Below, piece after piece: positions 1 to 16,633 of a stretch of 64,000 bases of DNA (the first letter of the stretch is position 1; every line of letters begins with the position of its first letter). This DNA is from Eledone cirrhosa (Eukaryota), in the NCBI GenBank assembly GCA_964016885.1, contig OZ024743.1, positions 160,270,001-160,334,000 on the forward strand, in the 5' to 3' direction. Both the position numbers and the translations under genes were made by a program. The notes under the pieces are model-generated. The model was not told the DNA's origin and did no database searches. It worked only from the letters and a program-made list of their open reading frames with translations.

Positions 1-600
1 CCCACGTTGCTCCTGACTCACAGAACCATCAAAGTGCGCGACCGTTGGAATGTCTTTAGGGTCTCTGCATAACCATCTACCTTTCTCTCGGTTGACCATT
101 TGATTCTGATTAACCGTTTTTCACATCAGACAAAAAGAAACAAAGCATTCCAGGTACTTGAAGTTTCAACTTGTAAAACAAGCCCTCTGTGTGGATCCGA
201 TGGCTATCGTTCGTCTTTGCAGACATGAATTGGCCTCTCCGCATCACATATGACTTGTAACGAAGATATTCGTTCATGATTATTCTGATAGTGTGCCTTT
301 AAATTCTGCGTTTTAACAATGCCACTAATTCATTTTCTGGGGTCCTTATCGCTAATGTTCAGCACCCTTCGTACCGATCTGGCTGTTCCCGTGACATTAT
401 GGCCTTTAGCAGGCGTTTTACGTTTGGCTCCTGTCGTAGAATCCTCGTCAGTGGCTTTCAACCCTTTGCGAAATTTGACAATAAACACCCATGCAAAGTT
501 TCGGAAGTGATCAATCTCCAACTGCCTTTATCTTGATGTTTGTCATCATTTATATGAAAAGAAATAATCAGAGCAAGGTATAAATATGTTAAGGTTGTTA
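1..600 (-). mobile_element. Decayed Tc1/mariner transposase remnant
   Basis: Minus strand reads NQNQMVNREKGRWLCRDPKDIPT...MVL, resembling the mariner 'SDEK..Q.VNRRNDRWL...VMVLG' region; upstream HTH-like segment; stops and frameshifts. Confidence 0.7.
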
Positions 601-1519
601 AAAGACGTATCCTCAAAGACTTGAGCAGCAATGTATTTATCTGTTCTGTTTCTACGGAGGTTCGCATTCATATTGATTTTCCTTTATATTACGATAAACT
701 CTTATATTGGAGAAGGCTATACGTAGTTTGGGGTTTGACCTGAAGCTGCATAATCAAATAGCCACACGGTATTCTTTTTTCGATGTCATATCGATTCTGA
801 CAGCCCTTTTATAACAGAATGAATGATTTTAACTTCGGTACATAACAAGAAATTTTCTGGGAGCGGTACAGTTGATTAAATCGATTTATGGTACTTTTAT
901 TACCGACCCGAAAGTCGACCTAAAAGAAATTCGAACGTAGAAGAGCAAACCAAAATACTACAAGTCACGTTTCCCGGTACTTTACAGATTTTGCTCTTCA
1001 CCAAATCGAAAATATATATTAAAAGACTCAAACCACCCATTATATAAGACCGTCTCTCATATATATATATATAAATTTGAGTATGTGCTGGTTAATTACC
1101 GACATTTCAGTATGCATGGTAGAGCACTCAACGAAGTGCACAGTTGTGTATGTTTACTCCAGAGTAATTTAAAAACGAGAAATGGAAGTCAACAGGCTAA
1201 AATTAACTTCGCTTATTCATATTCCGTGTTACATATATTTCGGTGATAACCATTATTCAACAGCTATGAACTCATAAGAGAACTAGAACGTGATCAGAAA
1301 AAAACCCAGAAAAACAAAATGATGGAACAAGTTTACCTCTGAGGTAAACTTTGTTGCATCCTTATGGCAAATAGGCTGAACCATTAGAGCTTCCGACAAG
1401 TCAAATTTCACTCCGATCGAGTTTGCTTTATGTCTATCCGGGTCAATAAATTTATCCGTCAAACAATATGTATGTATAAGTGGTTTGAGATTATTTTTCA
1501 AAATGGCCAGAAGCATCTG

Positions 1520-2420
1520 CCTAGCTAGATCACCAAGCAGAAACTATTGCCGAAAATCGTTTTGATGAAGTCTTTTGTCGTTTCAGTGTTCCGGAAAGAA
1601 TACACACCGGCAAAGGTGCACATTTTGACTCCCGCTTAATACGTGAAATATTCAAGATACAGGACGTTGCGAAAATAAGGCAAACCCTACCATCCTGAAT
1701 CAGATAGACACGTTGAGCGCCTGAATCACAGTCTTTGCCAGATGTTAAAAATGTTTTTTAATGAAAACCAGAAGTACTGGGACGAAGTATTGTCCATAAT
1801 TTTGTTGGCATAACGTTCAAGTGAACATTCAGTGACAAAATTTAGTCCCTAATTCATCATGACAGAGGTTGAAGTCAATTTACCTGTTGGCGTTACATTG
1901 GGGGTTTACGAATAATACGTGAATATGTTCCAGATAATGTAGGTAAAGCTTGGCAAAATCCTGAAAGGAAGTTACGAATTAGTTAGAGAAAAGATTACTG
2001 TAGCACAGAAACGGTAGAAAACCTGGTATGATTGCCGAGCAAATGGTCCAAAATAAAAGGTTCACTATTAAGTTGCGAAAAGGGGAATGACGAGGAAATT
2101 ACATTTTTAATGGAAGGGCACCATAAAAGGGATCAGAGTTATAAATGATGCACTATGCAGAGTTCAACTTATTGGGGGACGGTATAGGAAAGTGGTTCAT
2201 TTTAACAACCTGGAACCTGTATCGGTTAAAACTACTAATGTACAATGTTTAGAAAAAGAGTACGAAGATGACGATTTATCTTCATTAAGGGGCCCGAGCA
2301 AGTGGATGAAGTGTGTAACAATTAAAGTGGCAATAGAGAGAGTTCGAAAAGATTTGCGAATAGCAATTTAGTAGCAAGTTCTGGTCGTCAAATTAGACCC
2401 ACTATTACTTTTGGTGATTA
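1520..2420 (+). mobile_element. Gypsy-like integrase fragment, decayed
   Basis: EVFCRFSVPERIHTGKGAHFDS...PYHPESDRHVERLNHSLCQML...WDEVLSIILLA*RSSEHSVTKFSP (rve core) with stops. Confidence 0.8.
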
Positions 2421-2673
2421 TATAATGAATTACTAATCATATTATTATTTTGTTTTGTTTTATATGGTCCAGATTTGTAAATAACGTTGTGAAGGACAAA
2501 GAAGAAATGGAAGAAGTAATAAAAAAATACGGCATCCTAGCTCTGACAAGGGAGTAGAAGACAAAGCATGAAAAGAAGATCTTGAAAGGAAATGTATTGA
2601 AAAATGGAAATAGCATTGGCTGATATTTGAAACTTAATTTTAAAATTGTGTACTTTAATAGCATTATTATGAG

Positions 2674-2858
2674 TGTGGATTGGCAGTATCGGTAGAGGAT
2701 CGGGCGCCATGCTTTGCATCAAAGAGTTACGGCCCTTTATGGTCTGATTTCAAATTCTGTCGAGGTAAAACTTTGCCTTTCATCCTTACGGGGTCGATAA
2801 AATAAAGTACCAGTGGGATAATTGCTGGCCTTGTGCCAAAAGTAGAAACAATTATTAT
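2674..2858 (+). mobile_element. tRNA-derived SINE (family with >=8 copies in the window)
   Basis: A-box-like tggcagtatcggtaga, B-box-like ttcaaattc, central tttgcctttcatccttacggggtcgataaaataaagtaccag (MetaSINE-like domain), (TTA)n tail. Confidence 0.85.
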
Positions 2859-4316
2859 GAGTAAAACTTGTTTGTATTGTACATAAAATAAGCTTTAGTT
2901 CAATTGTTGTTTATGTTGATTAACCCTTTAATAACTTTATATATCTGTCTTTAAACATGAAAGGTAACATTAAATGTACATAGTTATATGAAATATTATT
3001 AGAAAATATATATGGATACATTTTAATTGGAGGGATATTGTGTTGCACAATCGTGAATTGATGATTGCGTTATATTTTGTATATATTTTATGTACACCGA
3101 TGTTATGTGACCTGTTAGATTAGGTGCATAAAAGATAATAGTCAAAACCGTTAGTAACACCGGCCGGTGACTGAATTTGTACTTTGGGAATCTGAGGCAT
3201 GCAACTGTCAATTGCTTCAGAACCAATAATTTGTATATTCTGGATATGAATAACATTTCTACATATAACAATTAGTATATTTTACTAAGTTAATTAATTT
3301 AAGGTGATAATCTGACTATTGAGTTCAAAGCAAAAGAAACAACATGATGCCTATTCTGTAAACGCAAATGTTGAGTGTGACAGTGACATCCTGTAAATAG
3401 ATTCCTACAGAATTGTTGCTCGTTACATTCTGAAGATAGAGCTAAGATTTTGAACTACTGTTTACTACAGAAGTGTAAAGAGCGGAAATAAACGTGCATA
3501 CATATATGTACTTGAAATTCCACAATGGCTAAGAAAGCAAAAATAATATATCCCCTAAGAATCAATGGATATATTAGAATGTGTAAATATTTGAATTATA
3601 TAGAGAAAATCTAAAATGCTACGGTGATTTGTTAATTCGTGGGGAAATATTTACTTTGACTCTATTCATCGGAACTACGTAAATAAATCTAGAATCTAAA
3701 ATCTTAATTTTGGTTATATTTATTTTCGGACAAATAAAATAGATAAGTAACAAATAATATAAAATAAAAAATACAATGGTAATAATATAAGCATGGGAGT
3801 ATTGTTTGATGATAACATTCTTTAACTAGAAGATGTTCTGGTTTCCCATAACCCATTGGCTTATTGAGACTGCATTCATTATTTAAGGTGGAGTAACTAA
3901 AACACCGACTAGGTGAAACGCAATTCCTTATCAATCGTTTTAAATTCAGTAGTATCATAAATTAGAGATCAAATGTTCACAATAATATTTGATCGATTTA
4001 ACTAACGATCAAAAGCGTTCTAGCTATGATACTCTTTTTTTTAACAGGATGTTGGAGTAAGATCTGGCAGAAATTTGACTGCTATTTCTAGCAGGATATT
4101 AGTAGAGTCTGCTTCCTTGTTTTGTCTCTAAATGTTAACGGTTTATACTTGGGGCAACTAGATCAATTATGGTATCTCAGTTATTGACATAACGTCGGGT
4201 CAGTGATGGGAGCTTAACTCACTATTATCTATTAGAAAAGTCACAATTTTAATACGAATAAGACAATAGATACTGTAGGTCATTGTAAACGTAAGCATGT
4301 ATCTATCTATCTATCT

Positions 4317-7300
4317 TCTCACATGATGTGGGCCCCACCCCTTGCCAAAAACCCCTTAACCGTGTCCTGCTAAAAGGATTCCCTCCCTCGCCAAACACCC
4401 CCAATCTGGACATGGAGATCGAACAACCAGACCTCCAGGAAACGAAAAGGTAAGTGTTCCTGCCTTTTCTCTCCCTAACTCTTCTTCACCAACATGGCGA
4501 CTATACAAGTTGGGTGTTTGAATGCACGTGGCCTGGGCATGCCCTGGAAAAAAGGCCAGCTTTTAAATGATCTCATTGTATAGATGTGATAGCCATCACC
4601 GAGTCCAGGATTCACGACAAGCAGTAGCTAACCCCTATGTTCGATGACTTTGAGATCTACGCATCTCTCTGTCAGCCAAGAATTGGAGGGGATTTGCTGT
4701 TCTGTTTCGAAAAAAATTGGAACTCAAAGCACAGACGATTCACTTGGACCCGGAGGGCAGCTTCGTGGTCCTGGACGTGAATGGTAGTGAAGGTGGAGCT
4801 TTCAGACTGGTGGCCCCGTATATTCCCCGACTGGGACATCGCGACTAGAGTTCTTCAATCGTCTGTAGCCATTACTGGGAACGTCTCGCTCCTTGGTGTT
4901 AGCGGGGGACTGGAATGGCATCTTAGATGCACGTTGGGACTATGTAGGAGCTTGTGATAATAGAGGGGTGTAATAGCCTCAAAAATCTCAGCCAATTCCA
5001 ACTGGCTGATAGATATCGACTAGACTTCCCAAGTGTACCACTGTCGACGTGGAGCAACCGCACTGTGTCTTCTAGATCGTATTTAAATAGATTTTTAATT
5101 AGACAGTCTTATAAGGAAATATTAAGCTGTCAACAAATGCACATGGTTGCCTATTCAGACTACACATTAGTCACCTGCGTAGTCAACCTTGATAGAACAC
5201 ATAGACAGAGACCCGGATACTGGAAGCTAAACATGTCGCTTCCGGCGCATAATGCCTACAGTAAACGGATTAACACCTTAGTTAAGTGCCAGTTGACGGG
5301 GGCGATCGTCAACAACAGGTGGTGGAGCTCTCTCAAGAGAGCAATTAGAATAGAATCGATAGCATTTAACAAGGAAGTAGCTTTTAAAAAAAAACGAAAA
5401 GGAACTGGTAGATAAAGTAGAAGAGGCACTTAGGAATGACAGTACAGCTGACGTGCTAGCGGCAAGAACGGCACTAGACCAGTTCTTCAACGTGAAACAT
5501 GAAGGTTGTATTGTCAGAAGTAGAACACGTGCTCTAAGAAACAAGAGGGAGCCAAAGCTGTTCGCTAGGCCCTAGTGGCAGAGGTGAAAAGTGGCAACAA
5601 ATCCACAATTCGGTCTTTAGAAGACAAAGATGGACGCATTCTACTTGAATCCAAGCAGATGTGCACGGCCTTCCAGCAACAATTTGCCCAAATGTTCGGG
5701 CAAAGCGATACGTCAAGGGAGGTGATGGACTTCAGCTCCTACCTCGACGGCGTACCGTGACTCTTGAGCACGGAGGCAGAGAGCTGCGAAAGGCCGATCA
5801 CAGCGGGCGAAATAGAAGATTCCCTAAGCCGCTGCGGGAAACGCAAATCACCCGGTTTAGATGGTCTACCCTATGAGTTTTACATAGGCATGCCAGACTA
5901 GTTCTCTGGCGTTCTCGAAGTGGTCTACTGCAACTGGCAGCAGAACGGAAGGATTCCCAGTTCTGTAGGCAGAGGCGTAGTAACGCTGATCAGGAAAGAT
6001 GAGAACAAGGGGGATGAGATAAGCAATTTCAGGCCCATAACTCTGTTCAACACAGAGTTAAAGATTTTGGCTGGCGCTTGTCGTCCAGAAACCTGGTAGG
6101 GGAAGCACAAACGTGTGCAATCACGACCAGGTATATACACGACAACATCCACCTCATGCAATATATCATAGATAGGGTAGGGTGTAAACCTGGCTTCGTT
6201 GGGGCTCTGATCAATTTAGATCAGTCTAAGGCATTTGATAGGGTCGACCATCAGTACTTGGAAGCGGTTCTCAAAGCGGCCGGCTTCGGTCCCGTCTTCA
6301 GACACTGGATCGCTGCCATGCACACCAGCATCTGCTCGGCAGTCAAGGTGAATGGCTACCTATCGGAGCCATTCCAAATCATGCGTTCCATCCGTCAAGG
6401 GTGCCCTCTCTCCTCCATTCTCTATTTACTGACTCTCGAGCCATTACTGCGGAAGTTGGAGCTGTTGCAGGGCATCCCGATCGAACCAGGAATGCGGAAA
6501 GCAGCGTCGGCCTATGCAGATGACATAACTGTAATGGTGTCGAAAACCTCGGACATCGGGGTGATCGGCAACCTATTACAGGAATACGAAACGTTGACAG
6601 GAGCAAGACTAAACCCAAACAAGTCTGTCGGTTTGCAACTCGGCACTTGTAGAGGCAAACCCACGCCGTCCGACACTTTCGTTGGACGCTGGACGGAAGG
6701 TTGGGTGAAATTGCTCGGGGTCTGGTTTGGTCCAGACCTATAGGTGGAAAGGAACTGGAACCAGGTTACGGCGAAAGTGTTTGCACTCACACAGCAGGGG
6801 GCTGAGTGCAAACTCTACATGAAAAGTCGAGCGGAAGTGGCGAACACTTACATAGCATCCGTCATCTACTACCGCTTGACAGTCGTGCCTTGTCTCCGCG
6901 AATACCTCAGCAAAATGGAACGCCTACTCTTCAAGTTCTTCTGGAAGAAACAGGTTCCATTGATGAGGTGATCCTTCTGCTGTCAACACCCTTCTAGCGG
7001 AGGGCTGGGCATGCCTTGGAGATGATGCGCAAACACGCGCTGAGGCTACGCCATCTCCAGGTATTCCTGACAGGCGAACCTGTGTGACTGTTGTTTGTGA
7101 GACGAGCTCTTCCACAACTCGTCTCACTAACAGATCTGCACTCCTGGGTCAAGCGAAGACCGAAAATGGGCGCTTGGCACCTCGAATGCCTTCAGGCGCT
7201 CATAGCCCTATATCAAGCGGAAACGGCAATCAGTGGAGACTACACTTTAACATTCTATAGGGAATTAGTGGAGGATAAGTGCGACGACGTTCTCGGGGAA

Positions 7301-8062
7301 ACTCTAGGCATCGAGGCGGGTAAACTGACCAGTCTGTCCTGGAGGACTTTCCGTCCAGGGCCTATGGATAACTTCCAGAGGTCTCTGACCTGGCAGTGCT
7401 ACCGAGGAGCTCAACCAGTTCGAGACAAAATCTACAGGCACGGACGCCCTGGCAGAGATCCTGCCAAAAGGACCTGTCCAAGTTGCGAGCAGGACATCGA
7501 AGCCGTTCTGCACGCAATTGTTCAGTGCCCAAGGGTGACCGACCTGTGGAATTATGTTGAACTTCTACTGTCATGTGTAAGACGCATCCAGTTGTCAGCC
7601 CGGTCCGTCGTGAGGTTCACCCCGCCATGAAGGAGAGGCGGTCTTCCTCTGTCTGGTGGCTATGGCGAAAGAGGTAATATGGTGGACGAGGTTAAAAGGA
7701 CTGAGGGCAAGCACCTTTCTCTCCGGAAAACAACTCATCCCCTTCTTTAAGTACCACTTGAATGGGCCTTCTCGGGTGAATGGGCCTTCTCTGTATATAA
7801 ACCTGTAGGTTGAGGAAGATAAACAGAGGGAAGACGGGAACACCTACAAAATGTGTTCCTGGTGTTGAGGGTTGTTCTATCCACGGGGTGTAAAACAACC
7901 CCGCAGTAGCGTTACCCCCCCCCCCCCCCCCATGGGTATTTCAATTGTTTTATTTTTATATAGTTTATTGTTATTTATCATTGTTAAAGATTTTATGTAA
8001 AACCCTCGCCGTCACGTCTTGTAATATCCCATTTTTGTACGCCTCTGTGGCAAATAAAGAAA
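4317..8062 (+). mobile_element. Tx1/L1-clade LINE, near-complete ORF2 (APE endonuclease, RT, C-terminal zinc finger), pseudogenised
   Basis: MATIQVGCLNARGL, GDWN, SDY, PGYWKLN, KSPGLDGLP, NFRPITL, LDQSKAFDRVDH, RQGCPLS, YADD, CPSC..H...C; several stops and frameshifts; flanked by (TATC)n; aataaa near the 3' end. Confidence 0.93.
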
Positions 8063-8099
8063 GATATATTTCTATCTATCTATATAATACTAAACGTCT

Positions 8100-11020
8100 G
8101 AGATTCTTGCTTGCTTGTCTGTAATGTGATACAGACAAAAGGACGCATAATGGGAAATACTTTGAAAGGAAGTTGACCCTGAAATGGGAATACAAATGGA
8201 ATAAAACAAGTTTCGCGTAAATCGAAGCACGGGTTCCCGAGATATGGGTTTTTTTCGGGTACCTTCTTAAAAAGAGAGAGAGAAGGATAGAGAGTAAGAG
8301 ATAGTGGTTGTGAGAGAGTAGATTGAAAGAGAGACATAGAGAGAGGCAGAGGAGACAGAGAAGGAGAATGGAGCTGGTGGTGTTGTTGTGTATATAATAT
8401 ATATATAAGGAGAAAAAAACGATTATTAGGAAGAAACATTTTTTTTTCTCTTTTTTGAGGTTAGAAAATTTTTAAAACAAAATATTTTTCTTTGTGTGAA
8501 GTGTTAAGGTATTAGTTAATTTATTTATTAATTAACAATAGCATTTATTTATTTATTTATTTATTTAATGATTATCAATTACCGGTTTCAGCATTGTATG
8601 CATTATGTGAGTGGGGGAGAAAAAAGGGGGAATTTGTATTGGTTAAGGTGATGTTGAACATGTTATTGAAATGGGAAAGAAAGAATAATATTATTTACAA
8701 ACAAGGTTATTGAAGTAAAAAAAAGGGGTGATGTGGAACATGATAATGTAATGGGAAAGAAAGAATGATATTTACAAGCATTGTTTTTTGAGGATAAGTA
8801 GTTCAAAAAATGTTATTATGGCACGATCGCTTAAAGAAGTTGATAAATGATGGCGGCAAATGTCCGACTGGGATTGGATGTGTTTTCCCTTTTTAGAGAA
8901 TTAATATGCAGGGGGGGGGGGGTAATTCAGGGTGGTCGGGTAGGAGAAAGAGAGGAGAGGGGTAATTCATTTATATAAGAAAAAGGATTAGGTAGGGTGT
9001 CGGGGAGGTAACTCTTTAGAGAACGTAGGATTTTGGACTATGATTCATTGTTCGTTCCAGTTTTAGTTTAGTCCATTAAGTAGAGATGGAATTTGTTAAT
9101 GAAGTACGTTTCCTTATTAGTACGATGGATGAAAGAAGCGTTGTCTATGAATTTGTAAATGGGGAAAATTCTAAAGTGTGGTTGTTGGTTAGGTGCACAA
9201 TTGGCGATATGTTCACTAAAAGCAATCTTTCTGTATTCCTGTATTTTGATTTGTGATCTATGGACAGTCATACGTTGTCGGAGGTTGTTTTTTGTTTGTC
9301 CTATATAGTGCTCTCGACAACCTGAGCAGGTCAAAACATAGATTGGGTTTTCAGATGCACATGTAAAGTTGTATTTAACTGTGAAATGTTGTCCTTGTTT
9401 AAAGTGGAATGTTAAACCTACTATTAGATTTATGCATATACCACAGTTGGGCCTTCCGCATTTTCTTACTGTTGAGTTCATTGTGAGGGTTGGTTGGATT
9501 TTGGCTTGAGTGAGGATGTTTTTTTATGGATTTAGGTTGTCTTTTGCTCTTTATGATGTTGTGTGTTTGGAGGATTTTATTCATTCGTGGGTCTCTTTTT
9601 AGTAAAAGGAATGTTCTGGAGGATGGTGTCGAATGCCTCATTGTTAAGGGAGTTGTGTTTGGAGATGTATGGTAGAGTTTTCTGTTTCGGTTCACTCCTG
9701 GGTTTGGGGTGTCTGAATTCCTGGATGTTGAGTTTTAGGGCACGTTGGAATCCATTGTTGATTAGGGATGGTGGGTAGTTTCTGTTGATGAGTGTGTTCT
9801 TTAATTATTCTAGTCGTGTGTAGCATGTGTATTTATCTGAAACTATTGTGCACATCCTTTTGGCTAGGTTATATAGGAATTGCCATTTTGGTATGGCGAG
9901 GGTGGCACGAGTTAAATGGAAGATATTGTTTGGAGTCTGTGGGTTTATAGTATATGTAGGTTTCTATTTTGTTGTTTGTTTTATTGATGAGGCTATCAAG
10001 GAAAGGAAGTTGTTCATGGCTGTATTCCATTGTAAATTGAATGTTTGTGTTGAGTCCATTAGAAGTGTTATAAACTCAATAAGTCTGTCTATACTTTCAT
10101 GCCAGAGGATGAAGCAGTCGTCCAGATATCTCTTCCAGCTTTTTTCTATGTGTTGGTAGAAGTGGTTTCCGCATTTATCTAGAACTTTTCGGTAGAGTAG
10201 TTTCCAAATATCCCATGACAAGGTTGGCGTATGAGGGGGCTACTTTCGTGCCCATAGCAGTCCCAGATTTCTGTCTGCAGTATTTGACATCGAATTCGAA
10301 GAAGATATTTTCCAAGATGAATCTGAGGCCTTCCATCACAAATTCTTTAGGGATGCGCTGTGGGAGTTCATTAGGGAATATTCAAGCCAGAATTGTATTG
10401 CCTCTATACCTAGGTTGTGTGGGATATTGGAATACAGATTGATGACATCAAAGGTTACTAGTAGGGTGTGTTCATTATTAAGTGTTGTTGGGATGTAGTT
10501 GAGCATGTCCAGGTCGTCCCTTATGAAGCTGTTTATGTGTTTTAGGAAAGGTTCAAGCAGAATATCTAGGAAGTTGCTTAGGCGGTGGGTTGCACATGTG
10601 GTACCTGCTATTATGGGTCTTAATTTGAGGTCATCAAGAGGGGGGATATTGATGTAAATGTATGTGGTGCCCTTGCAGGCCCTGCCTATTACTTCGCTTT
10701 TGTGTATCTTTGGAATAACGTAGAAAAGGCTGGTTCTGCTTTTGAAATTGCTGATGTAGTTGTATTCTTTGTCGGTAAGACCTTGTAGGGATTTTAGGTT
10801 TCTCATTATATTCTGTTGTGTGTAGTGTTGGGCCTTTTCGTAATATGTTTCGTTTTCTAGAGTTGAGAGTACTAGGATTGTGTAGTAAGCTGTCTTCATA
10901 AGAACTACTGCACTCCATTTATCCGCCTCTTTGATTGTTAGGGTTTTGTCGTTTTTTAGACTGTTAAGACTATTCCATTCTTTTTTGCTTAGGTGTGGTT
11001 TTTGTTTATGTCTGTGTAGG
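8100..11020 (-). mobile_element. Penelope-like element (RT + GIY-YIG endonuclease), frameshifted
   Basis: YVIPKIHK, LRPIIAG, LVTFDVINLYSNIP, RYLDDCF and C-terminal 'CGRPNCGIC...IYVLTCSGCREHYIGQT..LRQRMTVH'; coding span 9068-10900, downstream boundary approximate. Confidence 0.92.
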
Positions 11021-11171
11021 TGGTGGTATGGGTAATTAGTTGTGTTCGCAGAATTGATCTAGGGATATGTTCTTGCCTTTTGGTGGGGTGTAGTTGCTTC
11101 ATGTGTGAGTGTGTTTATATATATGTGTGTGTGTGTTTGTCTATGACCAGTGTATATAGATCACAGACACA

Positions 11172-11230
<59 letters not shown>

Positions 11231-11232
11231 TT

Positions 11233-13620
<2,388 letters not shown>

Positions 13621-14719
13621 TATATATATACTTTACCCCATTATGCGCCCTTTGAGCTGTATTACATTACAGATAAGAAGCAATCACAGAGTTTTAGTAG
13701 TATATATATATGAGAAATGGACTACGAACTTTTCTTTCGCAAACTGTCAAATGCGCACTCTTGGAATTCTTTTCAACGAAATGTAAAGTTCCATTATTTT
13801 CTAGAAGAGTAAGCGACCATTAACGAACTTCAACATATTATATTCCTAACCTTGAATTTTTATTTTCTATCTTTGATCTCTGCTAATATTCTTGCAATAT
13901 TATCTTCACAATTGTGTATCTACTTCCTACATATATACACTGTATCAGAGTAATAATCGTATAAACAACATTATCAATAACAAAAAGAAAATGTATACAT
14001 TATTAAGTGAAATACCAAAATAAATAAAAGAATTGAAAACAAAATTCTATTGAAACGCAGAAAGGAATTCATGTATATAATTATTATTTGAGGATTACAT
14101 TTTTTCACCGAAAGTAACTCATGACATATACATTTATAAAGCAAGGAAATTATTTGGAAAACGAAACAAAATATAATTTTTAAAAAGTAGCATATCAATA
14201 ATTATCGATATAATATCATGAAAATCAATCACTATAAAAATATTTAGCTAGAAATCTACTTCCCGAACTCCTAAGATTAAATTCCCATGATTTGATAGAG
14301 GAATAGAGGAATATGAAAATAGATACATAGACATTAAGTTAGATTTATAGATCAATAGGTATATGCACACACAGGTATACCCAAACACACATAAAGACAC
14401 ATAGGTATAGCTAGATACATAGACAAAGATATCGAAATATAGAGGAAGATGAGGACATGGTAGTCGTGATGGTGTAGGAGTAGGAGGAATCAGAAGAGGA
14501 TCAGCGTGAGGTAGGGGAATGAATAAACCACAAACCCCTTGTAGGAAGTTGAAGATACATTATGATACGCCTATTGAAGACGAGGGGATCTCTATCAAAT
14601 TTTGTGAATTTGCATCGGCTAAACAAAATATTTATTGCAAGAAATATACAGCAGAAATAAAGTTATCAATTAGAAGTGCTCGGAGATATTGACAGAATGC
14701 CGTTAAGAAAGAATTTACG

Positions 14720-14815
14720 AGAATCGGCTGAAGATTCATAGGCTGAAAAGTTCATAGGCTCAGCAAGATACTCTCAGGGAATGACCAAAGGAAGTTTATA
14801 TTTCAACATAATCCC
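14720..14815 (+). mobile_element. Mariner-type terminal sequence / MITE fragment
   Basis: ggctgaaaagttcataggct...caagatactctc resembles mariner TIR-proximal sequence. Confidence 0.5.
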
Positions 14816-14907
14816 TGGACAGCAACAATGCAGTTATTAATAAGAAGATTTGAAATTAATGCATACAAGATTTCACAGCATAATCATCAATCCTTCATAG
14901 TCAACAT

Positions 14908-15000
14908 TTGAAGTTTCCAGCCTACTACGATATCATTTACGAATATAAAAAAAAAATTAAGGAAATGTTGGCCGAATTTCTAGAAACATTTGTGTTTGGA
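14908..15000 (+). pseudogene. Orphan aquaglyceroporin exon-1-like segment
   Basis: Reads KKIKEMLAEFLETFVFG followed by the donor-like GGA|gtaaat; resembles the TM1 'LAEFLGTF' motif that ends exon 1 in phase 0; upstream frame closed by a stop at 14881. Confidence 0.55.
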
Positions 15001-15164
15001 GTAAATAGAAATTATATTTCTAATATGTACATTACTTTTAAAAAAGGCATCAATGTAGTAGAGTTGTTACAGCATCGAATTAAAAATACTTTTGTTTTGT
15101 TTCGGCTCACTGCGCTCTGATTTGAGGCCAACTTTATATTCCATTCTTTCGCTGTCGAGAAATA

Positions 15165-15266
15165 ATTGTTTCTACTTTAGGCACAAGGCCAGCAATTATC
15201 CAGTGCATTACTGGTACTTTATTTTATCGACCCCGTAAGAATGAAAGGCAAAGTCAACCTCGGCGT
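15165..15266 (-). mobile_element. SINE, 3' part
   Basis: Reverse complement of the SINE central domain and tail. Confidence 0.85.
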
Positions 15267-15879
15267 CGAGAAATAATATATCGATAGTTTTTCTGGAAAG
15301 AAAAATCGGCTGCACTTAGAACTGGAGAGAGATGGGCTTTGCCAAATTTAAAATGCACCCCCATATATATATATATTTGTGTGTGTGTGTGTGTCTGTGT
15401 GTGTGCGTGCGTGTGTGTGCGTGCGTGTGTGTATGTGTGTGTGTGTGTGTGTGTGCGTGCGTGTGTGTGTGTGTATGTGTGCGTGTGTGTGTGTGTGCGC
15501 GCGCGTACGTGTGTGTGTGTATGTGTGTGTGTGTGTGTGTTTATTTGGTTTTTAAGGTTTTTTATATGAAATCGTGTGTTGAAACAAATAGTGTTACATT
15601 TTGGAAGGGTCATATTGTTAGAATATTGCCAGAAATATATAATAAAACACACTCACTGATTGATTTGGATTTGTTTTCGTTTCTGTATATTTTATATCCC
15701 TATAGTTAATTTAGCTGGTAATCAATATTTATAATATCAATGCTTGACCAACAGTTTAAAATATATATATATATGTATCCAAAATTAAATTAAGGGTTGT
15801 CCTGTCTGAGAGACATGCGCCATATATGTGCTTACATACTTTACAAATTATTCCCTGATTGTTCCATATGTTTATTTTA

Positions 15880-16596
15880 TATGAGGATTTGATGCGGGAG
15901 GTTGAGACTGTGTCGATGAGTGTGGGGCTGAGAATGAATGAGACTAAAACAAAATATCTGGTAGAGAATGTTGAGAAGCCAGAGGGGATCACTAATGTAG
16001 GCGGGAAGCCGCTGGAATTGGTTGAGGACTTCCTGTATTTGGGAGCAAAGATTGGGAATACGGAAGATGATGTGGTTGAGAGGAAGAGCAAGGCCTGGGC
16101 GGCGTGTCACAGCTTGAGATCGGTGTGGAAGTCGGACCTTCGTAGAGACCTGAAAATCCGCCTCTTCATTGCTGTAGTGGAGTCTGTGCTGCTGTATGGA
16201 TCTGAGACTTGGACACTGACCAAGAGACTCACTCAGATGGGGGATGGGTGCTACACGAGAATGCTGAGGATGGCTCTGAACATTAATCAGTATACACTGA
16301 GGATGAAAAACTCAGAGCTGTATGGGAGCATCCCAAATGTCAGCTCAAAAGTGACACAGAGGAGACTGAGGTTGGCTGGACATGCTCACCGACATCCAGA
16401 GTTGACATTGCACTCAGTGCTCCTTTGGGAGCCCCGACATGGACACACTAGAAGAGGAAGACCAAGGTTAACATATGTTGATGCCCTAAGGACAGACACT
16501 GGTCTGTTGGAGATGCAGGATATGGCAGCGATAATGAGGGACAGAGACCGCTGGAGAGAACTCGTCCATGGATCTCGGGAATTTTACCCGCCTTAG
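15880..16596 (+). mobile_element. RTE-clade LINE, 5'-truncated 3' end
   Basis: GLRMNETKTK, FLYLG, VESVLLYGSETW, RRLRLAGH, RGRPRLTY, DRDRWR; uninterrupted frame; followed by (TA)n. Confidence 0.92.
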
Positions 16597-16598
16597 AT

Positions 16599-16633
<35 letters not shown>

